A stretch of DNA of 64,000 nucleotides, taken from the human T2T-CHM13v2.0 reference genome, Homo sapiens. Location of the stretch: NCBI RefSeq assembly GCF_009914755.1, contig NC_060936.1. One strand, given 5' to 3'. Positions 25,730 through 41,839 of the stretch are shown piece after piece. Below the pieces are notes generated by a model. The model did no database searches, was not told the DNA's origin, and saw only the letters and a program-made list of their open reading frames with translations. Position 1 is the stretch's first letter, and each line of letters starts with the position of its first letter. Made by a program: the position numbers and the translations under genes.

Positions 25730-26207
25730 TTTATTTTTTTTATTATTATTATACTTTAAGTTCTAGGGTACATGTGCACAACGTGCAGGTTTGTTACATA
25801 TGTATAGAAGTGCCATGTTGGTGTGCTGCACCCATTAACTCGTCATGTACATTAGGTATATCTCCTAATGCTATCCCTCTCCCCTTCCCCCACCCCATGA
25901 CAGGCCCCAGTGTGTGATGCTCCCCTTCCTGTGTCCAAGTATTCTCATTGTTCAATTCCCACTTATGAGTGAGAACATGCAGTGTTTGGTTTTTTGTCCT
26001 TGCGATAGTTTGCTGAGAATGATGGTTTCCAGCTTCATCCATGTCCCTACAAAGGACATGAACTCATCCTTTTTTATGGCTGCATAGTATTCCATGGTGT
26101 ATATGTGCCACATTTTCTTAATCCAGTCTATCATTGATGGATATTTGGGTTGGTTCCAAGTCTTTGCTATTGTGAATAATGCTGCAATAAACATACGTGT
26201 GCATGTT
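25730..26207 (-). mobile_element. 5'-truncated L1PA4-6 type 3' end
   Basis: ATACTTTAAGTTCTAGGGTACATGTGCACAACG...; minus-strand ORF 25952-26194 encodes the ORF2p C-terminus (MFIAALFTIAKTWNQPK...MFSLISGN). Confidence 0.92.
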
Positions 26208-27198
26208 TGTCTTTTTTATGGCCTTTTCACACTTTTTTTTTTTTTTTTACTGAGGCCATGGGTCATACCTTATTCCTTTCATCCTTAAAACTGGACAAAT
26301 TGTTATTGGACCAAATTTACCACACTTGGCAATAAAATGGTTTACCAGTCTTTATTTTTAAGAAAACACCGTAAGTTTTGTAAAATTTCTGTAGTTACAC
26401 TTACTACACTTCTCAAGCTATCATAATTATCTCACATTCATTACTCAAAAACAGTGATTAGCAAATTCTGCCACAAAAGATAATGCATAACATAAAGCTT
26501 TAAGCTGCAGGAAACATCCTAGAGTTTTGTGTGGCCTTCATGATAGCTTTAGGCACCACATCATATTATAGTTGCGAGAAATTGAATTTAGAGAGGTCCA
26601 AACTGAAACTAATTGACCTTTGTCTTTCTATCACCCTTATTTTTATCTCTAACATTGTATCCACTTCCATCACCATGGAATTATTTGCAATGCCCTACTG
26701 GCTGATGTGGGTTCATCACAACTTCTGGTGAATTTGCTCACCAATTAGCAACCCCTGGGAAGAGAGGTAGATAAAACATAGACTTTCAAACATGTTATGT
26801 GATTACATTGGGTCATTTTCTAAATACAATTAAAAACTCAACTATAGCTATGGTCAACACGAGTAAAGTGGCTGAAAGTTTTGCAAAATTTATAAGTTAT
26901 ACAAGACATTGTAAATTAAGCAGAGGTTTTCCAGTTGTTCTTCATCCAATGTGCAATAAATTAAAAAACTGGTTTTACAAGATGTGATATGAAGGAGCAT
27001 TATGGGACCATTTACATTTTGTATGTATCTTATATTTTAAAGTAAGATAAAGTGCAAGAACTCATTAAACAATGAATACTTCTTGGCTATGATGTTTTAG
27101 AGTTGTTGTTTGTGCTAGTTATAGTTTCTGAAAATTTAGTCAAAAGATAAAAGCATTTAATGTAGGAAATAAATGAATACTCAAACATAGCAACATGA

Positions 27199-27711
27199 CT
27201 ACACAATTTTGCATTTGTAAATGAGACATACTGATAGACTTTTGTTTAAAAGACTTTCCAGGGTGGAGCCAAGATGGCCGAATAGGAACAGCTCCAGTCT
27301 ACAGCTCCCAGTGTGAGCAATGCAGAATACGGGCGATTTCTGCATTTCTAACTGAGGTACTGGGTTCATCTCACTGGGGAGTGTTGGAAAGTGGGTGCAG
27401 GACAGTGGGTGCAGCGCACTGAGCACCAGCCGAAGCAGGGAGAGGCATTGCCTCACCCAGGAAGTGCAAGGGGTCAGGGAATTCCCTTTCCTAGTCAAAG
27501 AAAGGGGTGACAGATGGCACCTGGAAAATCGGGTCACTCCCACCCTAATACTGTGCTTTTCCAATGGTCTTAGCAAAGGGCAAACCAGGAGATTATATCC
27601 CATGCCTGGCTCGGAGGGTCCCATGGCCATGGAGCCTCGCTCATTGCTAGCACAGCAGTCTGAGATCAAACTGCAAGGCGGCAGTGAGGCTGGGGGTGGG
27701 GCGCCTGCCAT
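27199..27711 (-). CDS. ORF0: L1 ORF0-like antisense ORF, extended to 170 aa and ending in flanking DNA (expression unknown)
   Basis: Begins MAGAPPPASLPPCSLISDCCASN, the ORF0 N-terminus, at ATG 27711 in context GCAATGG; no stop until 27199-27201. Confidence 0.6.
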   Translation of the reverse strand: MAGAPPPASLPPCSLISDCCASNERGSMAMGPSEPGMGYNLLVCPLLRPLEKHSIRVGVTRFSRCHLSPLSLTRKGNSLTPCTSWVRQCLSLLRLVLSALHPLSCTHFPTLPSEMNPVPQLEMQKSPVFCIAHTGSCRLELFLFGHLGSTLESLLNKSLSVCLIYKCKIV

Positions 27712-28285
27712 TGCCAAGGCTTGAGGAGGTAAACAAAGCCGCTGGGAAGCTCAAACTGGGTGGAGCCCAACGCAGCTCAAGAAACCTGCCTGCCTCTGTA
27801 GACTCCACCTATGGGGGCAGGGCACAGGCAAACAAAAGGGAGCAGAATCCTCTGCAGACTTAATTGTCCCTGTCTGACAGCCTTGAAGAGAGTAGTGGTT
27901 CCCCAGCACGCAGCTAGAGATCTGAGAACAGACAGACTGCCTCCTCAAGTGGGTCTCTGACCCCCGAGTAGCCTAACTGGGAGGCACCCCCAAGTAGGGG
28001 CAGACTGACACCTCACATGGCCGGGTACTCCTCTGAGACAAAACTTCTAGAGGAACAATCAGGCAGCAACATTTGCTGTTCACCAATATCCGCTGTTCTG
28101 CAGCCTCTGCTGCTGATACCCAGGCAAACAAGAGTCTGGAGTGGACCTCCAGCAAACTCCAACAGACCTGCAGCTGAGGGTCCTGACTGTTAGAAAGAAG
28201 ACTAACAAACAGAAAGGACATCCACACCAACACCCCATCTGTATGTCACCATCATCAAAGACCAAAGGTAGATAAAACCACAAAG
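27262..28285. promoter_or_regulatory. L1 5' UTR with sense and antisense promoters; YY1 site intact; 129-bp ZNF93-target segment retained
   Basis: CAAGATGGCCG at 27270-27280; segment 28032-28160 bounded by ACTCC repeats; many CpGs decayed. Confidence 0.85.
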
Positions 28286-29310
28286 ATGGGGAAAAACCAG
28301 AGCAGAAAAACTGGAAACTCTAAAAATCAGAGCACCTCTCCTCCCCAAAAGGAATGCAGCTCCTCACCAGCAATGGAACAAAGCTGGATGGAGAATGACT
28401 TTGATGAGTTGAGAGAAGAAGGCTTCAGACGATCAAAGTACTCCGAGCTAAAGGAGGAAGTTCGAACCCATGGCAAAGAAGTTAAAAACCTTGAAAAAAA
28501 AAAAAAAAAACAGACAAATGGCTAACTAGAATAACCAATGCAGAGAAGTCCTTAAAGGACCTGATAGAGCTGAAAACCAAGGCACGAGAACTACGTGACG
28601 AATGCACAAGCCTCAGTAGCCGATTTGATCAAATGGAAGAAAGGGTATCAGTGATGGAAGATGAAATGAATGAAATGAAGCGAGAAGAGAAGTTTAGAGA
28701 AAAAAGAATAAAAAGAAACGAACAAAGCCTCCAAGAAATATGGGACTATGTGAAAAGACCAAATCTATGTCTGATAGGTGTACCTGAAAGTGACGGGTAG
28801 AATGGAACCAAGTTGGAAAACACTCTGGAGGATATTATCCAGGAGAACTTCCCCAATCTAGCAAGGCAGGCCAACATTCATATTCAGGAAATACAGAGAA
28901 CGCCACAAAAATACTCGTTGAGAAGAGCAACTCCAAGACACATAATTGTCAGATTCACCAAAGTTGAAATGAAGGAAAAAATGTTAAGCGCAGCCAGAGA
29001 GAAAGGTCGGGTTACCCACAAAGAGAAGCCCATCGGACTAATAGCTGAACTCTAGGCAGAAACTCTGCAAGCCAGAAAAGAGTGGGGGCCAATATTCAAC
29101 ATTCTTAAAGAAAAGAATTTTCAACCCAGAATTTCATATCCAGTCAAACTAACCTTCATAAGTAAGTGAAGGAGGAATAAAATCCTTTACACACAAGCAA
29201 ACGCTGAGAGATTTTGTCACCACCAGGCCTGCCCTACGCTCCTGAAGGAAGCACTAAACATGGAAAAGAACAACTGGTCCCAGTGACTGCAAAAACATGC
29301 CAAATTATAA
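28286..29310 (+). pseudogene. ORF1: L1 ORF1 (disrupted)
   Basis: MGKNQSRKTGNSK start; frameshift at the A17 run (28494-28510); stops at 28798-28800 and 29053-29055; AAGT duplication near 29160; natural stop TAA 29308-29310. Confidence 0.93.
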
Positions 29311-29358
29311 AGACCATAGAGGCTAGGAAGAAACTGCATCAACTAACGAGCAAAATAA

Positions 29359-33163
<3,805 letters not shown>

Positions 33164-34179
33164 ACAATAAGAACTCGTGGACACCGGAAGGGGAATAGCA
33201 CACTCCGGGATCTGTTGTGGGGTGGGGGGAGGAGGGAGGGATAGCATTAGGAGATATACCTAATGTTAAATGACGAGTTAATGGGTGCATCACACCAACA
33301 TGGCACATGTATACATATGTAACTAACCTGCACGTTGTGCACATGTACCCTAAAACTTAAAGTATAATAAAAATAAATAAAAATAAAAGACTTTCCAGAA
33401 CATGTGTTTTCCTAAGCAAAGCAAGCATTCATGTAATTTTTTTCCCTACAACATATGTGTATATTCACTAATATTAAAAGTTCAATTTTTGGAACAGATA
33501 TACTTCTGTCAAGAGTAGTAGAAATAAAATCAGTAGAAAACTTATGTTGTCTTTTTGAGATTTTTTTCCATATTGACTTCTATTAATCTTGGAAAGATTT
33601 ATGTTATTTTATATAAGGGGTAAGGAATGTATTATTTTGCCTTAATTCATTTTCAAGTTCAAAAGACTCAATTTTTAGACACAATACAGTGTGTTTTATA
33701 ACATAAAATAATATACAGCAGTTTAATTTTCATGTAAAATAACTTTAATTTTGTCTTCAGAAATATAGAATAAAATAAGTTTGAAAGAGCATGAAATCCA
33801 CCAGCTTTTCTGGCACATAGGCCAAATGTGGACTCAGGCTGCTCCTTAAGGAACATGACAAATTTGAGTACCACAGCCTTTCTTGAGATGTACCCAGTAA
33901 CCAAAAGAACATGCGTAATTCTTTAAAAAATTAAAGAAATGTGACTTGAAAATGAATATTTTTCATGGAAAACTTTTAGACTTACCCATATTTATAGTTG
34001 AACAACTGATTAAATGATATGAAAAGAACATTTGGATTTGTTTAGAAAATCCAAATTTCAAAATAAATCCAAATGTTCAAAATAAAATAGAATAACATGT
34101 TAATTTATATCGATCACACAAAGAGCAAAAGAACTATAAGATCTATTTATGGCAAGACTTTAGAGGTCATAGTCAATAG

Positions 34180-34500
34180 AAATGTGAATTGATGTAATTT
34201 GTTTGGAAAAACACCTTGTGAACCTAAGTCATTCCCCTGGATATATCCCATGGAAATCAAAGTAAGTGAATGCTTCCAGCATTTGTATTGCAGCATTGGA
34301 TGCTGGGCTAACATAAAGAAATACTGTGCATGTTCATAATTTAAAAAATTCAAAGATGATGGTACATTCATGTCATGTACTCTCATATGGATATTAAAAA
34401 TACATTGGAGGGATACCAGTCAATTGAATCTGCAAGGTCTTATTGAGTAAAAAGCCATGACTCAAAATAGTATAGTATGATCCCATATATGTTTGATTAT
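34180..34500 (+). mobile_element. Ancient L1ME-type 3' fragment
   Basis: TTGGAAAAAC...ATTCCCCTGGATATATCCCATGGAAAT...TGTATTGCAGCATTG...TATAGTATGATCCCAT; weak similarity. Confidence 0.45.
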
Positions 34501-35007
34501 AATTACACAAGCATAGATATGAAAACACATTCCACCAGTAAACAGGAGTGGTCAGAGTAGTAATATCAGTTGAGAAAAAGCAAAAAGTTCAAGGGAGAAA
34601 GATGAGCAAAAGAGGAAAATTTAAAAAGTAAACCAAACATTATACACTATGTAACCTAACCACATTTATAAGATGTTTAAAAACACATATATATATAATG
34701 AATTAAATATAATTTAAATTTTCAATTTTAAGTAGTCTAAAATTAAAAATATGAAACATATTTTATAATATGATATTAAAACAAGACTAATTTTTCAAGT
34801 AAACTACTTTCATATATGTGTATGTGTGTCTGTGTGTGTGTGGTGGGTGGAGAGGCTTAAGATGTCAGACAATCTATGAATGCAATCTTGTAACACAAAG
34901 AAAATAAAAATAATTCTTAATTCATTTATTAATCATAGAACAAATGCTGCCTTATGGAGAAAAGTGAAAAGTATAGTTACTTGAATGCCTATTATTTTCC
35001 TGACATT

Positions 35008-35325
35008 ATTTATTCAGTAAATGTTTGTTGAGTTTCTACTATTTGCCAAGTTCTGTGTGAAGCATATAGGATATAGCAGTAAAGTGAAGTGGCATGGTCT
35101 CTGTTTTTTGGGCTAATAATATAAGACACAAGATATAAAGTAAATCAAAATAAGTAACATAGTTCCAATGTAAAGGCAGTAATCATTGTTGCTGGGAAAG
35201 AGAGTAAGTGTGAAAGCCATATTATATATGGCAGTTAGGAAAGAACTACCTAGGCCTGCAGTCTGCAGATACATGAAAACAAGGGTAAGTGTTCCATGCA
35301 TTGTGTTAAGGACTTGTAATGATCA
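35008..35325 (-). mobile_element. L2 3' end
   Basis: TTTATTCAGTAAATGTTTGTTGAGTTTCTACTATTTGCCAAG...GGATATAGCAGTAAA is the reverse complement of the L2 tail. Confidence 0.65.
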
Positions 35326-35329
35326 GTTA

Positions 35330-36028
35330 TATGAGTGGACCTCAAGAAGTTTGAGAAAAAAGTTCAATAAACGGATAGAAATTAAAAATATAAACTTTAT
35401 TTCTCAACATAAGCTCCATCACATTCAAAACACTTTTGTAAGTGATACCAGCCATTTAGTGCATCCCTAAATAACTGAGGGTCCTGAAAATTTAACCATG
35501 TCAATGCAGTCTTTTTTACATGATTAACTGAAGGAAAATGGGTGCCCTTTTGAGATTTTTTTTTTTTTTTTTGGATTAGGAAACATAAAGAAGTCAAACA
35601 TAGCCGAATCTAGAGTTAAAGGTGGATGCCTAATGACTTCCTACCAAAACTCTTGCAAAATTTCCCTTGTTTGATGAAAGGAATGAACAGGAGCATTGTC
35701 ATGGTGGAGAGGGACTCTCTGGTGAAGCTTTCTCAGGCATTTTTCTGCTATAGTTCTGGCTAACTTTATCAAATCTCATAATAAGCAGATGTTATTATTC
35801 TTTGGCCCTCTAGAAAGTCAATAAGCAAAATACCTCAAGATCCCAAAAAACTATTACTATGGCCTTTCCTCTTCACTGGTCCACTTTGGTTTGAAGAGAT
35901 AACTTCCACCTCTGGGAAGCCATGGCAATGATTGTGATTTGTCTTTAGGACCATACTGGTAAAGCCATTTCATCTCCTGTTACAGTTCTTTGAAGGAATG
36001 CTTTAGGATCTTGATCTCACTTGTTTAA
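35330..36028 (-). mobile_element. HSMAR2 mariner, 3' half with transposase catalytic-domain remnant
   Basis: Minus ORF 35397-35597 ends KKTALTWLNFQDPQLFRDALNGWYHLQKCFECDGAYVEK; VTGDE...WLYQY motif near 35950-35983; degenerate TIR from TA at 35330. Confidence 0.9.
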
Positions 36029-36029
36029 C

Positions 36030-36226
36030 TCAACAGGATTTTCTGTATTGATGGAAATGTTCTATATTTGTCCTGTCCAATACAATATCCACTAGCCACT
36101 ACTGAGCACTAGAAATATGACTATTACATCTAGAGAGCTAAGTTGTAAATGTTATTTAATTAGAATTAATTTAAATTTTAATATAATAGCCAGATGTGGT
36201 TACTGGCTATGTATTCGGCAGCACAG
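36030..36226 (+). mobile_element. MER3 (hAT-Charlie MITE)
   Basis: TTTCTGTATTGATGGAAATGTTCTATATTTGTCCTGTCCAATAC...TAGCCAGATGTGGTTACTGGCTA...GCAGCACAG. Confidence 0.8.
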
Positions 36227-36552
36227 ATCATGACTGATGTTACTATATATATACTGTTCCGACCTTAATTGGGCTTTCAATGAAGTCCAGAAACTTGGTA
36301 ATTTTCTTCTTAACTTTCTCTCTCAATCTTTACTATTTTAGATAAGAGTCAGGCTTCTCCAAGTTCTTTAATCTTATTCTCTACCTTCTTTCTCACTTTC
36401 ATTAAATGACTGACTTTTTAACACACAATATACTCCATTAAGCTACTGTCACAAACACCGTGAACTTACTGCAAACACACCAATCATTTTCTGTTACCAT
36501 CCAGTCACAATGAATAAAATGTCACTAATCTTCTAAAAAAAATAATTATTCC

Positions 36553-36863
<311 letters not shown>

Positions 36864-37289
36864 TCAAATATGGTCTGGGGTGTTTGAATATTTATTATTA
36901 TTAGTTAGTCCCCCTCTCCCTATATCTTTAATTTATTCTTTTATTCTAGATCATTTCTCTAATATTTTAATATGCCCAATTTCCTTGAGAATTTTTTCTC
37001 ACTCTACCTCACATTGCACACTAACTAACATTCATTCTTGTATTAAAACACACAGTCAAAACCTACATGATAAATCATCTGTTAATAAAAATCAATATTT
37101 TTCAATCCTTATCCTATAAAAGTGAGATTTTTGACATAATACCAGAACTTTCTCCACCTTCTGGTCTTCTTCTCAATCTCCTTTTCAAAATCTCTTTCCT
37201 ATGTTTATCCATTAAATATTCCTCAGGCCACTTTATTAACTCTCGCCTCCTCAGACCCTTAGCCATCTCCCTGAGCTTCAAGTAATGAT

Positions 37290-37552
37290 TCCCAGCTCAT
37301 GGCAGACAGATGCACTACACAAATTTCTTTCCACAGACAGACTCGTGCCCCACCGTTGGGGAAGGAACTTGTAAGCTAGCTTTCAGCACGCAGTAGCTTC
37401 AGGGTCTGTATCAGCTGCAGAGAACAAACTCCCCTGATGTTATATCATAGGTAATCCTTGCTGCAGCATTCCGTACCAAGTAGGCTGAAGCCTCCTTAGG
37501 CCTGTGTAACGGTTTAGCAGTTTCTTCTGTCTAGTTCTACTTCTTCCACATA
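37290..37552 (+). mobile_element. LTR16-like ERVL LTR fragment
   Basis: CTTCAGGGTCTGTATCAGCTGCAGAGA...GGCTGAAGCCTCCTTAGGCCTG resembles LTR16. Confidence 0.45.
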
Positions 37553-37560
37553 CACAAATA

Positions 37561-37638
37561 TAGGTGGGTGCAAAAGTAGCTGCGGTTTTTGCAATTACTT
37601 TTAATGGGGAAACTGCAATTAATTTTGCACCAATCTAA
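37561..37638. mobile_element. MADE1 (Hsmar1-derived palindromic MITE)
   Basis: TAGGTGGGTGCAAAAGTAGCTGCGGTTTTTGC...AAACTGCAATTAATTTTGCACCAATCTAA, 78 bp, flanked by TA at 37559-37560 and 37639-37640. Confidence 0.93.
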
Positions 37639-38279
37639 TAGATACAAGATGTAATGGAAGAGAAAAACAATTTAAAAGAGTAAGAAAAATATAAAATGCT
37701 GGGGATTTGATTTTTTTTAATGCAACATCTCTATGGAAAGAAAAGAAAACTACTGAAAGGATTGCAAGTATATTTGAACAAATGGAAAGCCATTTTTTGT
37801 TCCTGGATAACTTACACAACAACATTAAGGTGTAAAGATGCCTAGCTAATCTGCTTTTCTGATACACAGACACACACATGTATGTATGTGTATGTGTTTG
37901 TATGTGTATATATCCACCCTAATAAAATTAAACACACTATATTTAAGGAACTATAAGAACATATCAAAATCAACACAATCTCAATACACAAGTCTCTTGC
38001 CTTACTAATGTCCTTTTATACACGATGCAATCCAAATACAATTGTTAACAAGCTATTATTCATTTTTATCTGAAACAACAAATATTAATAATGAAGTTCC
38101 TATGGAAAGTTAAAATTAAGAAAGAACTTTTAAAAATCTCTTGAAAAGGGGAGCCATAGGAGATACCAGACAAGCTAGACATTAAAATATACTATTAATG
38201 TCTGCATAGCAACATGGCTGTACTATTGACTTGAATATTGACTTTGTATTCTTGCTTAACATATTTAAACACATTGACT

Positions 38280-39310
38280 CTTTGTCAAGTCTTTGAGATT
38301 TTCTATACAGAAAAACAAGTCTCGGGTAAATAGATTCATTTTTTATTTTTCTCCTTTAAATTTCATATGCATTTTATTTTTTTTTCTTTTATTGCATTGG
38401 CTGGAAATTCCACTGTGATGTTGATCAGCAATAATGAGAGTGGACATTCTTGGTCTCTTCCTGAACTTAGAGAGCAAGAAGGCACTTTATTAAGGTAGGA
38501 TCATTAATATAGTTTGGCTCTGTGTCCGCACCTAAATCTCATCTCAAATTCTAATCTCCTGTGTCAAGGGAAGGACCTGGTGAGAGGTGGTTAGATTATG
38601 GAGACAGTTTCCACTATGCTGTTCTTGTGACAGTAAATTCTCAAGAGATCTGATCATTTAAAAGTGTGGCACTTCCCCCTTGCTTACTCTGTCTCTCTCT
38701 TTCCTGCTGCCATGTAACATGTGCTTTGCTTCCCCTTCACCTTCTGCCATGATTGTAAGTTTTCCGAGGCCTCTCCAGGCAGGCAAAACTGTCAGTTGAT
38801 TAAACTTCTATTAAACAAAAGAGGTTTAATAAATTAACCAGTGTTGGGTACTATCTGTATAGCAGTACAAAAGTGGAGTAATACAGTGATAATCTTCTAT
38901 TCATTATTTGCTAAGAATATTTATCATGAATTGATGTTGAATTTTGTCAAATGCTCTTTCTTTGTCAATTGAGAAAATCATATTGTATTTTTCCTTTAGT
39001 ATATTAATCTGGTGATTTACATTGTTTTTTGTTTGTTTATTTGTTTTATTTTTGAAGCACTTTGTGCATTCCTAGGATGAACCAAACTTAGTGGTGAGCT
39101 ATTACCTCTTATATATATTGCTGAATATAATATGCTAATGTTTTGTTGAGGAGCTTTTCATCTACTTTAACAAGGTATATTGACCTCTAGTTTCCTTCGT
39201 TTAATTACTTTTTTTAAATTAAAGCAATATCATCTTTATATGATGAGGTGAGAAGTGTTTACTTCCCTTCTATTTTTAAAATATATCATTTATAATTGTT
39301 ATAATTTCTT
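38280..39310 (-). mobile_element. Old L1M ORF2 fragments interrupted by a THE1D LTR
   Basis: TTATTGCATTGGCTGGAAATTCC...GAGAGTGGACATTCTTG and TGATGTTGAATTTTGTCAAATGC...CATTCCTAGGATGAACC, antisense ORF2. Confidence 0.7.
38505..38885 (+). mobile_element. Solo THE1D/MSTA-type MaLR LTR
   Basis: ATATAGTTTGGCTCTGTGTCCGCACCTAAATCTCATCTC...GCCATGATTGTAAGTTT...GTAATACA. Confidence 0.85.
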
Positions 39311-39399
39311 TCCTTCCATCATCTGCAATGGCTTTCCAACGGTGCCTTAAGGAGGCAATTTTTATTTTGCTTTCTCTTGGCTGCTTAAATATTTTATAC

Positions 39400-39795
39400 T
39401 GAATGGAAGATAGAGGAGGTGTGATCTAGGTAGTTTCAGGAGTGAATGCCATTCCATTTTCCCAGCCAGCACCAGGAGTGAGCTTTCTTGGACAGTTCAG
39501 ACTTTTTTCTGTGATCTCATTGGGTTTAAACAGGGAAAGTCTGCAGAAAGTTGTGATGCCCTCATGTCTACAGCACCTAAGGGTTTCCCACACTCATCTA
39601 GTCCATTCTTGGTTTTGAGCAATGACCATATTTCTTATCTACTCCAGAAATAAGCAAAAAAGAGGGTCTTATTTCTTGAAGGTATTTTCTAATTCAGGTT
39701 ATTTAATTGCACTGTAACCTCAGTTTTTGTGATGGTTCAAGAAAAATAATTAATGTGCAGTTTGCACAGGTTTATGAGAACTGAAACCAAACTCC
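39400..39795 (-). mobile_element. Old L1 (L1MC/MD-like) 5' UTR fragment
   Basis: TTGCACTGTAACCTCAGTTTTTGTGATGGTTCAAGAAAA...CAGTTTG...GAACTGAAACC resembles an antisense old L1 5' end. Confidence 0.45.
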
Positions 39796-40619
39796 TTTTA
39801 AAGAGCAGAAATCTGGCCTTTAAAATTATCTTGACAATTTATTTAAGGAAACATGTTAAGAACCTGTCAAAATCATTGACACAATTTTCATGCAAAAATC
39901 TTTTGCTGTTCTGATTAGTCTTTTACAACATCACAAAAACAAACTTTCTCCCAATATTAAAATATGCTTATTTAAATCTATTAATTTTCAAGTCAACTGA
40001 AAGAATAAAGTTCTAAGACGTGGTTTTTACAATTATTTTTGATTATATTCAATGCTTACATTTAATACAAGACACATGTATAGCATACAACTCAAATTCA
40101 AAAACCCTGAATGTTAAAACCTGATTATGAACATTAGAATACATTTAGTTTTGTAGAAATAAAAAGCCTCCACTAAATATGTCTTTTGTGACTTTGATGC
40201 ATTTACTTTCTTAAATGTTCTTGAAAGTTCATTAATTATAAAAATTGAGATCAACTTATAAGACATCCAATAGAATGTTTTAATTCATGTATCTTCATCT
40301 AGTGGGAGCAATATTTTGAGATATTAATTATTCATTTTTATCTATATCATATCATATTGCATTATAGTATATTAGCATTTTTCTTCCCTCAATTCTAGAA
40401 TTTAGATGATATGATACAAAGCAGAAACTACTTGTGACTCTTCCTAGATTTTGTTTCCAAAAGCCAAAATTTATGTCTAGGAAAATGAGCTTGAGTAGGA
40501 AATAATATCTGTAGCTGTTTCCATATCTACACCTATCTGTCAGTCAGCCTTTCTGTCCTTCTGTCTATCACCAGGAACAGGCATAGCAGGGGTAGGTTCA
40601 ACCCTGGATAGGAATAAGA

Positions 40620-41135
40620 TTCCAGGCATTCCAATCCTTGAGATTTAACTAAGAAACCTAAAATGTATGTCTACAAAATGACATGCATATAAATATTCAT
40701 AGCAGCTTTATTAGTAATAGCTCTAAATTTGAAACAACCCTAATGGCCTTCAACATTAATAATGAAACAAATTAACAAATAAGCAAATTACAGTATATCT
40801 ATATAATGGAATGATATGTAGCACTAAATATAGACAGCCACATAGATAAATAGTAAAATAATTGCAGAGTGAAAGAGAGCTAGAAAAGATAATATTGTGC
40901 ATGAATCCACTTATATAACATTCTAGAAAATACTAACTAATCTACAGTGACAGAAAGCAGATAAGTTGTTGCTTGGAATGGGAGAATATGAATGTGCAGA
41001 GGAGGAAGAGGAGATTAAATAGCAGCGTGGGAAAACTCTTGGGAGTGATAGATGCTTATTGTCTTGATTTTAGTGATGTTTTTATGAGTTCATACATATG
41101 TCAAAATCACCAATTGTACATTTTAAATATATACA
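40620..41135 (+). mobile_element. L1ME-type 3' end
   Basis: ATATTCATAGCAGCTTTATT...CTAATCTACAGTGACAGAAAGCAGATAAG...ATGTCAAAATCACCAATTGTACATTTTAAATAT. Confidence 0.75.
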
Positions 41136-41685
41136 CATATTTAAATATATATTTAACACATTATATATACATTATTGGTCATATATGTTTATATATAAGA
41201 CATACATGGAAAAAAATGTATGTATGATCAAGTATAAAAATACCTGGAAACTGGAGTGGCTGTATTAATATTAGACACTTCAGAATTTAGAGCAAGTAAG
41301 TACCTCAGGGATAGAAAGGAACCTTAAATAAGAAAAGAGAGCAATTAAGCAAGAAGATATAGCCATCCTAATTTTATATGGACTTAAAGACAGTCTAAGT
41401 ACATAAAGCAAAAGCTGGTAGAACTGAATCAGATATTTCAACACCACTATCTCAGAAAATGAAAAAACTCACCTACAGTCCAGAAAACTTTACATATAAT
41501 AAAAGAAACAGATACGCACTATCAAACTACTTCCTTAATTGATATAGAATACTCCAATAAACAAGATAAAATTGAACTTTCTTTTCAAATGCATGGGGAA
41601 TATTTATGAAGATGTATAATGTACCAGACCACAAAAAATGTTGATTCATTTAAAGAAATGGAAATATTACAAGGTATTTTCTCTG

Positions 41686-41797
41686 CACATTCATGTTTAT
41701 AGCAGCACAATTCCCAATTGCAAAAATATGAAATCAGCCTAAATGCCCATCGATCAACAAGTGGATAAATAAAAATATGTATATATATATATGTATG

Positions 41798-41839
<42 letters not shown>

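Noticed and set aside
33219-33240. G-quadruplex-like tract in the L1 3' UTR (similar tract at 42029-42064)
   Set aside because: Standard feature of L1 3' UTRs, not locus-specific.
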